Position numbers and translations under genes: made by a program. The notes under the pieces were generated by a model. The model had not been told where the DNA came from. It saw only the letters and a program-made list of their open reading frames with translations, and ran no database searches. Below are positions 1-13,200 of a stretch of 64,000 nucleotides of DNA, one piece after another. The DNA comes from Lama guanicoe (lineage: Eukaryota): NCBI GenBank assembly GCA_013239625.1, contig MU054391.1, positions 1,240,001 to 1,304,000 of the forward strand. Reading direction: 5' to 3'. Numbering within the stretch: the first letter of the stretch is position 1; every line of letters begins with the position of its first letter.

Positions 1-339
1 AACCACCGGGGCGTCTGACACCACGTCCTCAGTTGGCCCGGGTCTCAGGTCCTCCCTGGACACAGACGTCCAGCACCGTCTGGCGCAGCAGTTACACAGT
101 CCGCATTAGCCCCTTCGTCTGTAACGCTGTGGCCCGTGTGTGGGAAGACGGCACTGCAGTGAGAAACGTCAGCTTTGGGGTCAAAAGGAGACACATTTGG
201 TCTCCTCCCTGCAGACCTCCATCCTGCCAGGCCTCCGCCGTCCTCCGTGTGGGCGATGAGGAAAGCTCCCGCTCCATCCTTGTTCATCCTCGTGTCCATC
301 CCTCGAGGGAACTGCAGGGAGGCTGAGTGGCTGCTGCGC

Positions 340-360
340 ACGAGCCCCAGGGACAGCGCC
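340..360 (+). promoter_or_regulatory. RE1/NRSE-like (REST) motif
   Basis: ACGAGCCCCAGGGACAGCGCC matches the RE1 consensus TTCAGCACCACGGACAGCGCC at 16/21 positions, with a perfect right half-site and canonical spacing. Confidence 0.35.
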
Positions 361-1984
361 TCCCTCTCCTCGCAGCGCCCCCAGGTGCACACCCACCCGG
401 CCGCCCGGCGGGATCCCACCGGCAGAGCTCCCGTCCCCGATTGCGCACCAGGGCGGGTCTGTGATGCCGCGGGCTCGGAGCCCTGCCGGCCCAGCTGGCC
501 CAGCCGTCCCCTGGGCCCTGGCTGTGGTCCGGGTACCGCGTGGCGCGTCGTTCAGAGAAGCCCAGGAAGCTGGATGTGCAGTGACCGAGTGAGTGTGTGG
601 GCTCCACCCTCCTCCCGAGCCAGCCCACCGCAGGCACAGCCCAGAGCCTCACGGAAGCTCAGAGACTTTAAAGGAGCAAGATTCGGGACACTCTGAGTCG
701 CTCTACAGGTCCCTGCGGCTGCAGTGGGTGCGCACCCTCGTTCAGGCTCCGAGGGCTGCTCACCGTCTCAGACGTGAAGACTGAAGTTTTGATTAACGCC
801 TCTACCTCGATGCATCAGAATATGTGGACAAGTGCCCAAATTCTAGGTCACCTGCAAGATGTAACCTGAGCCCCCTCTGAGTGATGTCTGTTCCTGTTTA
901 AAACTGCATCTGGAGAGAGGCCACATGAGTGAGGAGGCTGGAGAAGCAGCTGAGGGGCTGCCTGGACCACTGTCCACACCGAGGTTTTGCCACGAACCGT
1001 GCCATCCACCAGCCTTCAGTGACAATGACCAGCCTCCAGCTCACGTCCACCGCACAGCCCACCGTGGAATTTGCTTAGAGGAATCTCCCTTTGTTCCAAA
1101 GAGCCTCCCTCTGGCCAATGGGACAATAGAAAACTCTTAAAACAATGGCCCAAGGACCCCAAAGAGCCTAGAAGGGAATTGTTCAACAACTCAGTCTCCA
1201 GGAGCTGCCACGCCCAGGACCTGAGGTCACAAATATGCCCAGGATTAGGGTTTGCTCTGCCTGGTCAGTGTGTCCCCACACGCCGACCCTGCACACATCA
1301 GGGTGTCCCCTGCCCCCCCCACACACACCCCTGCACACGCCCACCTCGCCTGCCCTTGGGCTCTGCACCTGCTTTTACAGGAGCTGGGCCTCCAGCTCTC
1401 CAGTCCCCCTGACTCCCAGCCCTGAGAGTGTGGGCCGCAGTCCCCACCTTGGACTCCCCTCGCCATCTGCCACCTGCAGTCTGCTGTGGCTCCAAGCCAA
1501 CCCACAGAACAAAATCCGAGACAGCCAACAGGCAGTCTGTATGAGCTGGTGCAGAGCGACTGCCAGCGGACACAGTGGAGAAGCCCAGGGCCGCTGGACA
1601 GACCCTCAGGGAGTGGCTTCCAGGCAGAAACGGGCATCGGGGCCCTGAACCCGTCTCCTGCACCCCTCACTCCAGTGACAGCCACACCACGCGACCAGCT
1701 GCCAAGACAAAAGCCCGCGGAAGGCTACCTTGTGGGGAGAGCCTGGCTGCGTCTCCATCGCCCCATCTCTGCCGCCCCCGTCCCCCCATCTCGGCCGCCC
1801 CCATCCCCCCATCTCAGCCGTCCCGCCGCACTGAGCACACCCCCCACCTCGCCATCTTACAGGTTCCCGGATGTTCAGAACCAGCCTCAAGTCGACCTCT
1901 GTGCCCTCGAGGCGTCAGTGATCCGTCCCCTCCCTGTGTCCCCGCCTTCACCCATCCCCCCAGATCTAAGTCCCTCCAGCACTA

Positions 1985-3060
1985 GAGCCCAGCACACCGG
2001 CACTGCTTACGCCCCATGGTGAACAGAACAGGAACCCCTCCCTGTGGAGTTTATAAAGCTTGGGGGGTGCAGACAGTGAACAATAAGCCGAGGGGGCACG
2101 AGCGTCACAGTGTATGTTTACAGGCGACATGTGCAGGAAAACGAAGGAAGCCAAAGGCGGTGAGGGCTGGGGACGCGGCGAGGAGGTGACGTGAGACATC
2201 AGCCAGGGTCTTCAGAGCATCCCTGTCGAGAAGCTGACCCTGGCCCCGAGGCCAGAGAGAGGCAAAGGGGAGAACCAGGGCTGTCGGAGCAGGGACCCCA
2301 GGCAGACAGACAGACAGACAGGAGGAAGGCCCGGAGGTGGGCGCGTGCCCTCCACAGCAGAGAGGCACAGGAGGTGAGGTCCAGAAGGACACGGAGCCAG
2401 AACACTGGGGACAGTGAGGCGGTGACAAGGGTTTGGCTCTCGTTCAGATGAAATCAAGGCCACTGGAGGATTTTGGGCGGAGGAGTAAACGGTCTAACTT
2501 GCCTTTTAATGAGAGCGCTCTGATGCCGTGATGAGAACAGGCCGATGACAGCCAGTGGAGGGGAGGCCGCGAGACCCGAGACCGAGGTGGCTGGGACCAG
2601 GCGGGACCAGGGCAGGTGATGAGCAGGGGTCAGGTTCTGAAGACAGACTCACAGAATCCCCTCTTGTATGGGGTTCAGGGTGAGACACAGACAAGGGTCA
2701 CGGTGGCTCCCCGTCTTGGACCCGAGCATCTGGCAGGAAGCAGCCGCCGTCCGCCGGGGTGGGGAAGGCGGGAGGGAGTGCCTGATTGAGGGTGGATGCA
2801 GACTCTGTCTGGGGCTCGGCAATAGCTGGGGCTGTTCGAGCAGAGAGGATAAGAGATGCTTGGAATTGCCGAGCTGAGGAAGGGCTCAGGAGTCCTTGTC
2901 GCAGAGTCATTATTTAAAACCAGGGCGGAGGGGCAGAGGAGCAAAGATCAAGCCAGGGCCAGCCCAAGGTCAAAAAGTCCTAAAGGTGAGGATGAAGCAG
3001 TGAGGAGACCAAGAAGCACAGCGAGGAGGGAAACTGGGAAGGCTGTGTCCTGGGACGGGG
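1985..3060 (-). mobile_element. LINE-2 (L2) 3' region, degenerate
   Basis: Purine-rich stretch with L2 antisense hallmarks such as GTGAACAGAACAG...CCCTGTGGAGTTTATA and GCCACTGGAGGATTTTG...TTGCCTTTTAA; recalled consensus, boundaries approximate. Confidence 0.55.
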
Positions 3061-4980
3061 GGTCCCTGTGCCCAGGAGGATGGGCGTCCACGAGGGGCCG
3101 CACTGAGTCACGGCCACATGGCAGGTGGGGCAGACGCCCTGCTGGAGTCATTCCCAGAACCCAGCTCAGGTCAGTGCCCAGGAGGGGGTCGGAAACGGGC
3201 TGGAGGACTAAGTCTCACAAGGCTGCTGCTGGGGGACCTCAGCCACCAGCCAGCCTCACCCCTTCACCCGACGGCCAGCAGAACGGAGTCACAGGGAGGA
3301 AAGGACGTGGCTGAGCCAACAGCCGAGCCGGAGCTCAGACCCCACCCTCTGCCCGAGTCACCGCTTGGACCCCAACGTCCCAGCCAGACCGTTCAAATGT
3401 GCGGACCCTCCGCACTCAGCTCCCACTTCCCACTTCCTGCTGTGCCGGCTGCTCGGAGGAGAAAGCCTCACCCCACTGGCTCCCTGAGGGGCAGGGACCA
3501 CTTCAGACTCAGACATCCTGTTGGCCCAAGACTTTGGGACCATCCGAATCAGCCCCTCCTCGTCCCTTTCCTGCCCCACCACTCAGACCAGCGACACCCG
3601 CCCCAGCTGCTCCCCAGTGGCGGGAGAGGATGGACGGAGACGGGGATTTCAGAGATGGACGCGTGGAATTTCTCTGCATGTTGTGAAACGCAAAGGTTTT
3701 TTGAGCTGTCTTCTGCTCTCCATGTGCTTTATCCGTGTTCTCCTCGGCGGGAAGCCAGCAGCCTTCTTACACTTTTAACTTACAGAGCGCCTCTCCCCCG
3801 CCCCCACCCCAAGCGGCTTCTGCGGACACTCACGAGCATCTTTGGAACAACTGTGCCTGGCACGCCAGCGAGGTCTGGAGACCACGCCTCAACAGCGTGC
3901 CCAGGACACGATTTCACATAAATGTGCAGATTTGGGAAAAGGACAAATATCAAGTAAATCTTGCCCATAATGGCCCATCAAGTAACATTCGTGAAGATTA
4001 GCTGCTGGAACCTGAGAATCTCAGGACATATAAATAACCCTGCCTTTGACAGGCAACACACATACATTTTGTTTAAGAGTGAAATGTCAGGAAATTCATT
4101 TCTGGGGGTCTCGAGGAGACGTGCCATCGGCATGCTGCTGCCTCTGCGGTAAACCCGGGGACGTAAAGCACAGGCCGTGCCTTGGAGGTTCGCACATCCT
4201 CGTCAGTGACCTGCAGAGTCCGAGAGGAGCATCCTCCCCTGCCATCCACCGCGGCGGCTTGCTCTGAGGGCAACTTCCTTCCTGCGGTCTTCTCCCCCAG
4301 ACCCCGGCCGTGACAGTGGGGAGGGGACAGGCTCAGAACCCCCGGTGCACATGTGGACGGCGCAGAGGTGGACGTGATCTGCACGGACTACGAAGGGCAG
4401 GGTCAGCTGGCGACGCGTTGACCAGTCCCCACGGCTGTGAGGACCCGCGTGGGAGCACTTTCAAATCAGCCGTGTGACCGAGCGCACAGGAGGTGAATGT
4501 CCTAAACGATGCCAGGTGTGAGTCTGGCCCTCCGATCTGCAGGTCCAGACTTGAACCTGAGTCCAAAGGGGCAAACGGTTCTCCACCTAAAAGACTGGGG
4601 TCATTTCTAATTCTCATTTCTAAATGCTCCAGAATCTCCAACATCACCACCCAAAGCCTGGACGCCCTCCTTCTTCAGGGGAGCGAAAACGATGCAGGGT
4701 CGACAGAAAGGCTCAGGAAGGGCTCCCTCACGGGCTGATACAGGGCACTTTTAGTAATACCCGGACATCTCTAAGCGTTGCCGACCTGTGGCTTAAATCT
4801 ACAGCAAAAGGAAGTGAAGTTAATGAAGAACTGGCTGGCTGTCTTTCGGGTTTTACTTGTTCTGTTTTGTTGTTTCCCATCGTAAGGAATCCCTTCAGAC
4901 GCACTTATCCACCTGTCCGTCCATTCCTCCTTCCTGTTACTCACTTGGCAAACATTTCTCCACCCACGGTAAGGATGCCC

Positions 4981-5125
4981 ACAGCAATTGCCCCGTTTAC
5001 TGAATTTTTGTAACCAGACATTGTGCCAACAGTTGTATGCGGGTCACCTCTGACCTGCTCGTGCGTCCGGAAGAAGGGTGTCGTGCTCCCATTTTCCACA
5101 CGAGGAGAACAAGGGTTGGACCGCC
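4981..5125 (-). mobile_element. MIR SINE fragment
   Basis: CCCATTTTCCACACGAGGAGAACAAGG resembles the MIR core CCCATTTTACAGATGAGGAAACTGAGG; upstream TTTACTGAATTTTTG...CCAGACATTGTGC resembles the MIR end. Confidence 0.4.
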
Positions 5126-6659
5126 CAGCGTTGGTCAGCCAGCCTGCGGGGTCAGCCCCGGGGGGTCACCTGGGAACACGGCTGACGGGCCCAGCCTGGG
5201 GCAGCTGCTGGGGAGCTCACGAGGGTGGAGGCCACTGCAGCCAAGGTCGGGGTCGGGGTGCCCTCCATGGGGAGTCTGACAAAGGGTCACAGAAATGCAG
5301 GGGGTCTTCCGGGGGGGCAGGGCTGGGAGCACAGGGCAGATGAACTGAGACAGACCGACGAGTGCAGGAGAACAGAGACTGCCAGCCCTGCGGTTCCTCC
5401 TGCCGGAACAGTCAGAAGGGCAAGGACGTGTTCACATCTGATGTTCACATTAGCAAAGACCACGGACGGCCGAATCATCTGCTCAGAGGAGACGAGTTAC
5501 ACACAGAGGACGGTCCAGACAGAGAGTTAGGTGGCAGCAAAGTGGCCGGGAAAACCAGCCCACCCAGCCAGAAAGCCGCGGCCGGAGAAGGGGCGTCTCA
5601 GGGTCGCCGGTCAGACGCACTGCGGGGCCCGGGAACCGAGGCTGGGCGCCCCTGCTGTCCCACCGCCATCAAGGGCACCGGCGGCTCAGCACAGCGGAGC
5701 GAGGGGCCCGAGGACGAAGCCATGGCGTGGCCGGGGCTGGACGCGAGCGGAGCAGCAGAGCGAGTGGCCGGTCCCTGCAGGAAACAGGGCTGCGGGGGGC
5801 AGAGGCGGCTGCAGGGGGAGGGGACGTGGGAGCCCGAGAAGACCTCTGTGCTCAGGGTGCTGGCGGCCCCTGCGGAACGAGGCGGGACCCGCAGGGACGC
5901 ATCCAACCTCAGAGCAGGCAGGAGGGGGTGCAGAGACCCGTCTCAGGAAGGGGTCCCACCAGGACCAGGATGGAGCAGGGGAGCTCCTCCAAACCCGCTC
6001 TGCCCGTGCATTCTCCCCTGCATTCCTGCTGGGGTCATTAGTTTGGGTTCTGAGCTACCCACAGGCAGATGCACCCGTCTCATGCTCCCCTGACTGTGAA
6101 GCCCACGGCTTGACCCCCACTGGACACACGCCAGAGGAGCCTCCTGTCCCGGCTCCTCTGAGACACGACCCGGATCCCCAGGCCCAGCACACGCTGCACA
6201 GACGACCGGTTGGTCAGGAGCTTTTAGAGGGCAGAGCCCACGGGAGGATCTCAAGGGAAATTTCTTAACTGAGTGAATGAAAAGTTCTGTGGGACAAACG
6301 TCAGTAAATGGAAGCAACAGACCAGCCAGGATGAACCGTTTAGACTAAAAGATAATTTTTTAGGCGTAAAATTCAAGAGAAACTGGAAGTCTTAAAATAC
6401 ATTAATGCAACTCAAAGCGTCAACGTGAGGTTTGGGTGACCCAGGGTGAGCCCCAGAACTGCACCTTCTGGGGACAGACAGTCTGTGTGGTTGGTGGACA
6501 GACTCAAAATTGGGCCCCTCGGCCCCGGCCCCTCTGGGCTCACGCCCTGGGAGACCCCCTCACTCTGCCCCGTGGAAGCACCACAGGTCGGGGGAGGCTG
6601 CTCCTGTGATGACAGCACATCATGGTGTCAGCCTCCTTCTTGCCGGCAGGTGCTCTGGA

Positions 6660-7130
6660 GGCTGTCCTGACCGACTTGATGATGTGTGGGGAAACTCACA
6701 CGGCATAGAGCTGCAGGTGACCGCTGGGAGGAGCAGGTGACCGCTGGGAGGAGCAGGTGACCGCTGGGAGGTGCAGGTGACCGCTGGGAGGAGCAGGTGA
6801 CTGCGGGGAGCTGTAGATGACTTAAAGGAGCCTTGAATGGCCTTTGAGAGCAAAGGGTGGCCTCCAGCTGACAGCCAGCAAAAGGACAGGCCATCGGTCT
6901 TGCCACCACAAGGGAGGAATTCTGCCATCACCCCAGGGGAGCATGGAAGTGGACACTTCCACCGTCAGGCATCAGGTGGAAATGCAGCCACACCCTGGTT
7001 GCAGCTCTGCAAGACCCTGAGCAGGAGACCCGGCGACGGTTTGTGGCCCAGACTGCTGGTCGATGGACACGGAGACCGTAGACGCTTATCGTTTGAAGCA
7101 CTTACTTCACGGTGATTTGTTACACAACGC
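6660..7130 (+). mobile_element. MLT1 (MaLR) solo LTR
   Basis: CCAGCTGACAGCCAGCAA...GAATTCTGCC...AGACCCTGAGCAG...GGTGATTTGTTACAC follows MLT1E/F-type consensus motifs in order. Confidence 0.7.
6713..6810. repeat. 20-bp minisatellite (GCAGGTGACCGCTGGGAGGA) x ~4.9
   Basis: Directly visible near-perfect tandem units with no spacers. Confidence 0.95.
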
Positions 7131-7525
7131 TAGTGTCAGGGTTCTCCAGAGAAACAGCAAAAACTAGGCTTCAATTAAAAAGAGAGAGAGAAAGAGAGAG
7201 GTAGGTGGAGGGGGGGGAGAGGCCGGGCTGGGGCTTGACTGTAAGGAGCCGAACCATGTGGTCCCGGAGGCTGCGGCCGGTATGCGGGAGAGCCCGCAGG
7301 AGGTCAGCCCAGTCCCGGTCCCCCGGAGGCTGGGCCCCGTTCCCAGACCGTCAGGCAGAGCAGCCTTCCTCCGTATTCCTTCCTGTTCTGTTCAGGCCTC
7401 GGTGGGCCGGGTGAGGCCCCCTCACTGGGGAGGGCCACCTGCTCTCCTCGGTCCACTGATGGAGACACACCCAGATTCCCTAATGATTGTGCAGACATCT
7501 GGGCTCCCCGGGGCCCGGTCATGAC
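7131..7525 (-). mobile_element. MLT2 (ERVL) solo LTR
   Basis: GTCAGGGTTCTCCAGAGAAACAG, then a GA tract, TGTTCTGTTCAGGCCT...TGAGGCCC...GGGGAGGGC and AGACACACCCAGA...ACATCTGGGC; diagnostic MLT2 motifs in order. Confidence 0.75.
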
Positions 7526-8784
7526 TCCTCCCTGGAGAAGCCCCACCTCGGCGTCCCTGATGTGCAGACACACTGCTCCCCCCAGATCCCAGCCCCCAGA
7601 TGGAGGGCTGGCCCGGCTGCCGGTCTGTTACGGACAATTCCTTTCATCCTCTGTTTTGGAGACTTGGTGGGCGCCCCGGTCTCTCTCGCAGCCTCTCCAC
7701 ACAGACGGACACCTGGTCGTTCCCCCGCTGTGTCTGTGCTGATCCAGGGCCAAGGGTCCCAGCCTTTCCGACAGGCCTGCCTCAGGCCAGGTCGCTGGGT
7801 TGGCCATGACAGTGCCTCCTGCTGCCGACACCCAGGTTGAACCCCAGGGCCTCCCGGCTGAGAGAACAAAGAAGGCAATGATGGTTCAAAGAGACCAGGT
7901 GGAGGTCCTTTATAAAGTCCTGACTGGGGTCTGTGGTCCACAGAAGCAGGCGTCCTGGTCACAGCGGCGGAGGGAGGAGCTCTGAGGCCCCCTCAGAGTC
8001 ACCCCACCCCCGCCCTGTTTCCGGGAGCCTGGCCCTTAACCCAGAGATGCAGGCGTGAGATCACGGTCAGTTCCCCGCCAGGCGGCGATTCCCGGAGCAC
8101 AGTGCATCTCTGCCTCGTTTAGACCCCTGTCCTGGGAGCCGTAGGCCCCTCCGGGGAGGCCAGGCGGGTGTCACCACCCGTCTGCTGGTTATTCCAACCA
8201 CCTCCCTCTGCCAGGGCGCCCCTCGTCCCCAGCCGCACCCCCTGCATGGGCGTAGTGAACACTCACCCTTCCACGCACGACCTGCTGGCTCATGTGACTC
8301 CGTCCCACCGTCAGCCAAGTCGTCAGCGAGTACTTATTGTTTATTTCCACTGCTCCTCCTGGAAGCTGGTCCCGTGGGCTGGAGGTTCGGGAGAGCCGGA
8401 GCTCCTAACACATTTGTAATGCTGATAAACGCCCTCTCTGAGGACATGGCGGGGCTTCCTCCGTGTGTGTCCCTGTGCGGTGACAGAAGTCAACGCAGCG
8501 CTGGGACGGAAGGGGCGCAGTGGTGCTGGCACTGCTGCCCCAGCTCCCTGTGCTCCACGAAGACCAGAGCGCCCTTCCCGTGACCCTGCGGAGTCCTGAG
8601 CACAGAGACGCCCAGGCCTCTTCGTCACACAGCAGCTCTGCCTGTCACACCCAGGGCCACCAGCTCCATCACCTCCAGTGAAGGGTGTTCTGGACCAAAA
8701 CCAGGTTGTGCGGACTGTAGATCTGTCCATCCTCCTCCTCCACCTGTGCGGTCTGTGCAGGGTGACTGTGGGCACCACATCTTT

Positions 8785-8918
8785 ACATACCTGTACCTCC
8801 ACACACCTGCACATCCACACACCTGGACCTTCATACACCTCCACCTCCACACACCTGCACCTCCACACAACTGCACCTCTGCACACCTGCACCTCCGCAC
8901 ACCTGCACCTCCACACAC
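8785..8918. repeat. 16-bp minisatellite (ACACACCTGCACCTCC) x ~8.4
   Basis: Directly visible; units start at 8785, 8801, 8817, 8833, 8849, 8865, 8881 and 8897. Confidence 0.95.
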
Positions 8919-9297
8919 TCACCCCCTTTAGTCAGAGGAGTCACCACTCTCATGGCCAGTTCCAGCTCTTTCCACCATCCTAGAACACACAGTGCTCTCC
9001 CAGAGCAGCTCTGTTGTAAGGAGCCTTCTCTGTGTCCAACAGGGGGGACCTGCTCCATGGGGACCAGGTGTGCACAGCCAGGGGTGCCTGAAAGTCTCAT
9101 CCTCCATCCAAGAGACAGCGCCCTGCCCTCCACGTGGCCACGTCTGACTCTGTCCCGTCGTGGCTGCAGTGCCGGCGTCTCTGGGGGGCACCCTGTGTGC
9201 TCACACTGCCTTCACACCCAGCTGCCGTGCGAGCCCCCCGCATGGCTGCCTCAGTGCCTGTCATGGACTCGATGCTCAGTATATGTTTGTGGGATGA

Positions 9298-9311
9298 GTT
9301 GCCATGACAAC
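9298..9311 (+). promoter_or_regulatory. RFX X-box motif
   Basis: GTTGCCATGACAAC, one mismatch to the palindromic X-box GTTGCCATGGCAAC. Confidence 0.5.
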
Positions 9312-10235
9312 AGCGAGGATGCGGTTCTCAGTGGGTTTTGAGTCCCTTTCCATCTCTGATCTCAGACGGGAGGATGGAGGAACTAGGGTGGCAGTCGCCT
9401 GAGCCCCACCGGACATGTTGTCCATCAAAAGTCCTTCTGATATGTCTGAGCAAACGTCTCCTCGACAGAAGGGGGAACGGCCCAGTGCCCCACAGGCTCT
9501 GACATCAGCCCCCTTCCTCAGGGGACAGAAACCGCAGAGAGCCCGGTAGACGGAGACCCTCAGAGCACCGGATGTGAGCCAGCCCCAGTGCTCAGAGCCC
9601 GCTCTGAACAAACGGTCAGAACTTGAAGCCCAGCTGGCTGATGACTCGGGCTCTGGGGATGAGCACTCACTTGTTTCAGACCCCCCTCCCCAAACGCCAC
9701 AGGGCCCTCCTCCCCAAACGCAGGCCCCTCCCCTGGGGAAAGTTACATCCATCTGCTAGACCGGCATTTCTGTTCTGACCAAAACAGCGACCCCCTGCCC
9801 TATGCACAGCCCGGCTGTGAGGGGCTTGGGTTTCTCTGACTGTATCCCCTGGACCTGGGACGCTGGTGGGGGAAGGGACCGAGAAAGCAGCCAGTCTGGG
9901 CTGAACACACAGGAAGGAGCCTCACGCCCAGACTCGCCTCCGACTCTGTTCAGCACATATTCACTGAGCAACTGTTCTGCCAGGACACGGGCTCTCAGGA
10001 GACTTCGCTGCCAAGGCAGCTGTCCTTGACACTTCCTTTAGCTCGGCCTCCCGGTTTTAAAGCAGGAATCCTTCACTTGCCTCCCACACTTCTGTCCCAG
10101 AAGGAGAGATTATGTAACCGAAACAAGGAAGAAACAGGGAGGAAAGGAGAACCTGGAAGAGACCAACAGGAGCAGGAAACACAGGCGAGGCATCCTGGGA
10201 AATTCCCGCTGAGGTCTGGGCTGCTCAGGCAAGGT

Positions 10236-10249
10236 GTCGCCATGGCAAC
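10236..10249 (+). promoter_or_regulatory. RFX X-box motif
   Basis: GTCGCCATGGCAAC, one mismatch to the palindromic X-box. Confidence 0.5.
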
Positions 10250-13200
10250 CAGGCCACCATGTGAGCCTCCCCAGCCTGGCCCGTCCGTCTGGTCCAGGAG
10301 ATCCCTGCGCCACAGCCACCCTCTGGAGTCCTCCCACCTCCTCCCCAGATGCCTTCCAAACGCCCATACATTCCAGGGAACCGGACGCTACGTGGTGCCA
10401 AAAATAAGACACTAGGTGCAGTTTCCCACCTGAACCTGTCCTCATCAGCCACGTGCTTTTAGTGATGGGAACGCATCCCACCCTGCACGCACGCACGTGT
10501 GCGTGGATGCAGCTGCCTGGCACCAGCCCCAGCGGGCTGAGCAGTGCTGGAGCCCAGCAGAGGCAGTCGCTCTGCTTTACCCTCCCTGCGAAGAGCAAAG
10601 CTGATCTCGCCCACTTCGGGAGGTCCGGGGGAAGCGCTGTCTCCCAGTTTACTTCCCCACCGTGGTTCTGCCTAATACAGCGAGGGGTTTGCAGCAGCAG
10701 AAAGTCCTCTTGGACAAGGTCAGTCAGTTTTCCAGCTTTCGTGAAACTTGGTGCAAACTCATTGGTTCTCAGAACCATCCATCATCCCAGCCATCTGCGC
10801 CGCAGGTAGAGACATGTTCTTGCCTGGAATGCCCAGCCGCAGGCGGGACGAAGTTGGAATGAGGTGTGAGTCTTCCAGCCCAAGGCTGCACCACCCCAGC
10901 GACAGCTGCCTTGAATCACCACCTCACAGGGCTGCTGCCTCACCGCAGAGTTTGTTCCTCCCCCCGAGGGCGTGTCCCATGAAAACAGGCTGGTGTCACA
11001 CCTGCTCCGGCGCCCCCAGCACAGCCCTGCGGCAGCACCGGCCCCCCTGCAGGCGCCTCCCGCAGTCTCCTGAGCCCCTGACTGCAGCCCGTGTCTCCGG
11101 GTCCGGCCCCAGGGCTGCGTGTGGCTGTGTCGTTTGTGCGTCTGGGACACAGGGCAGGGCAGCTGTGACGGCCGGGGCTGGTGGTCCAAGCCCCACTTCA
11201 GCACCAGATTGTAAAGTGATCTGTGAGTGACAGTTTCCCCAGCGTGATGTCTGGTTTCTAAGTCTCTCTGTCTCCTTCCAACTCAGAATTAATTGGGAAT
11301 TTTCTTCCTTAGACTCCAGGTCTCCCATGGTTATTGAAGCCCACCTGCACAGGTATGAAGTTCTGCATAAATTTTTAAATGCATTTTTTTTCTCTCAGGG
11401 AAGCGACGAGCTCAATGCCGGTCCCTGGTGCCGCGACAGAGGTGCAGACGGTGGCGGCCCAGCGGCGGCCGGATCCCCAGGACCCCCGGGTGCGTTCCGG
11501 GGCTTGACCCAGACCACAGCGCCCTCCAGGTGGTAGGAAGACACACACGCACGGGAAACGGAGAAAGAGTTTAACGCGGCATCTCCCACGTGTGCACCAG
11601 CCCATGTGCCCACAGCCCCCTTGGCTTTGTGTGGAAGTCTGTGTGGCTGTGTTGTCCCCGTGTCACCTCCCGGGGTGGCCACAGTGCCAGGGACAGTGGG
11701 GAGGAGACCCAGGGCAGTTCAGAGATCTCTAACTGTTTCCACCAAGCCCTCGAGGGGCCAGTCCCCTTAAATCCGCTCATTCCAAACAGCTCTTCCATGC
11801 GCCCCATGCTGGGCACCGGGAGGTGCCGGCCGACCCTCTGGCTGCAGGGAAGCACGCAGAGTTTGCAGCTGGTGCCCCTGGTGGGCGCCCGCCCAGCGGT
11901 CGGGGAGCTTGATGGGCGGGCCGGCTCTGGTCGCCAAGTCCTGCTCGCAGTGCGGGGGGCCGGTCCCTCTGAAGAAGGGGCGAAGCCCACCCAGTTTGCA
12001 CACGGGAACCATACACTCAAGCAAGGGCTTGCACTCCTGTGAGGAGAACGGATAAGGTAGGTAAACTCCAACGGAAGATGTTCTAGCAGAGATCTCGTCG
12101 AGCGGGTTGGATCGGGGGCACATGCAGCTCGCTCTAGGGTGCCAGGAAGTTTCAGGAGGGGAACTCGGCCAGGCCAGGTCTGAATGGTGAACAGGACACG
12201 GGGGTGGGGGACCACCCTGAGCAGGAATGTTGCCTGGACCTGGCACGTCCAGGAGGCAGGAGGAGGTCGTGAGCTGATGGCGTGCACACGCGCCCATCAA
12301 GGGGCGGACGTGGTCTGGGAACCACGTCTGCAGGTTCTGCGCTGCCGTGTTTACGGTGTGGACTGTGGTGGCATCTCAGACAGATGCTTCTGCCCTGTCG
12401 GGGTCCTGCTCTGCTCCAGAGTGGACCCTGTCTCGCCAGCTGCGAGCATCCCAGACTCCTCCGGGACAGTGACCAAGTCTTCTGCCGTTTTGTGGGGGAA
12501 ACACTCAGGCCCTCGAGTGCCCCGGGAGTGTGCCGTGCACACAGCGCCCTTGCAGGAGCAGGACCCTGACATTCTGGCACCTGATCTGTTATGATCTGGC
12601 TGCAGGAACCCCTCCTTCCCCGCCGCGCTCAGGCCCGGCAGCCGGCACATTGCCAAGGGCCAGGCGTGGGAGCCTGGGCCAGGCCGCCCTTTTCTCCTCG
12701 GGCCCAGCCGTGCTGGTGGGTCTCTCCTTTCTCAGCAGGCCAGGGAGCTGGTCTCGTTGGGAGAGTCAGGGGAGCGCTGCCCTCGTCCCCGCTGGTCCTC
12801 CTGCCACCAGCCCTTTGTGGAGAAAGTTTCAGGAGAACCAAGGGTCCCCCCCATCCCACCCCAGGTTTTGAAAGGACACAATTAAAACCACGTGCAACTG
12901 ATGCAGAACATTTCAGAGTCCTTTTTTCCTTCGATTGTTATTTTTAATATCTACTTCTCGAGGCCGAGGGCCGTGTGATTGAGGTGAGAGCCAGGCACGT
13001 GATGGCAGGGGAGAATGCTGATTCCCAGGCTGCACCTGCCCTGGCACGCCCGGCTGTAATGCGCTCACGGGCTGCAGGAGCGGGCCTGGCACGTCCCCCG
13101 CCAGCCCGCTGGGCCTGTGGGACCGGGAAATGGTGGCTAAGGGCAAAGGCTGCTCAGAAAGAAGAGTGTGCAGACTGCAGACGCCTCCAGGCACCGAGAT

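Noticed and set aside
6713-6810. Direct repeats as a CRISPR array
   Set aside because: Units are contiguous with no unique spacers; mammalian context, no cas genes
11385-11540. Strong + strand acceptor (TTTTTTTTCTCTCAG) followed by CpG-rich sequence
   Set aside because: No convincing donor and no recognisable peptide in any frame
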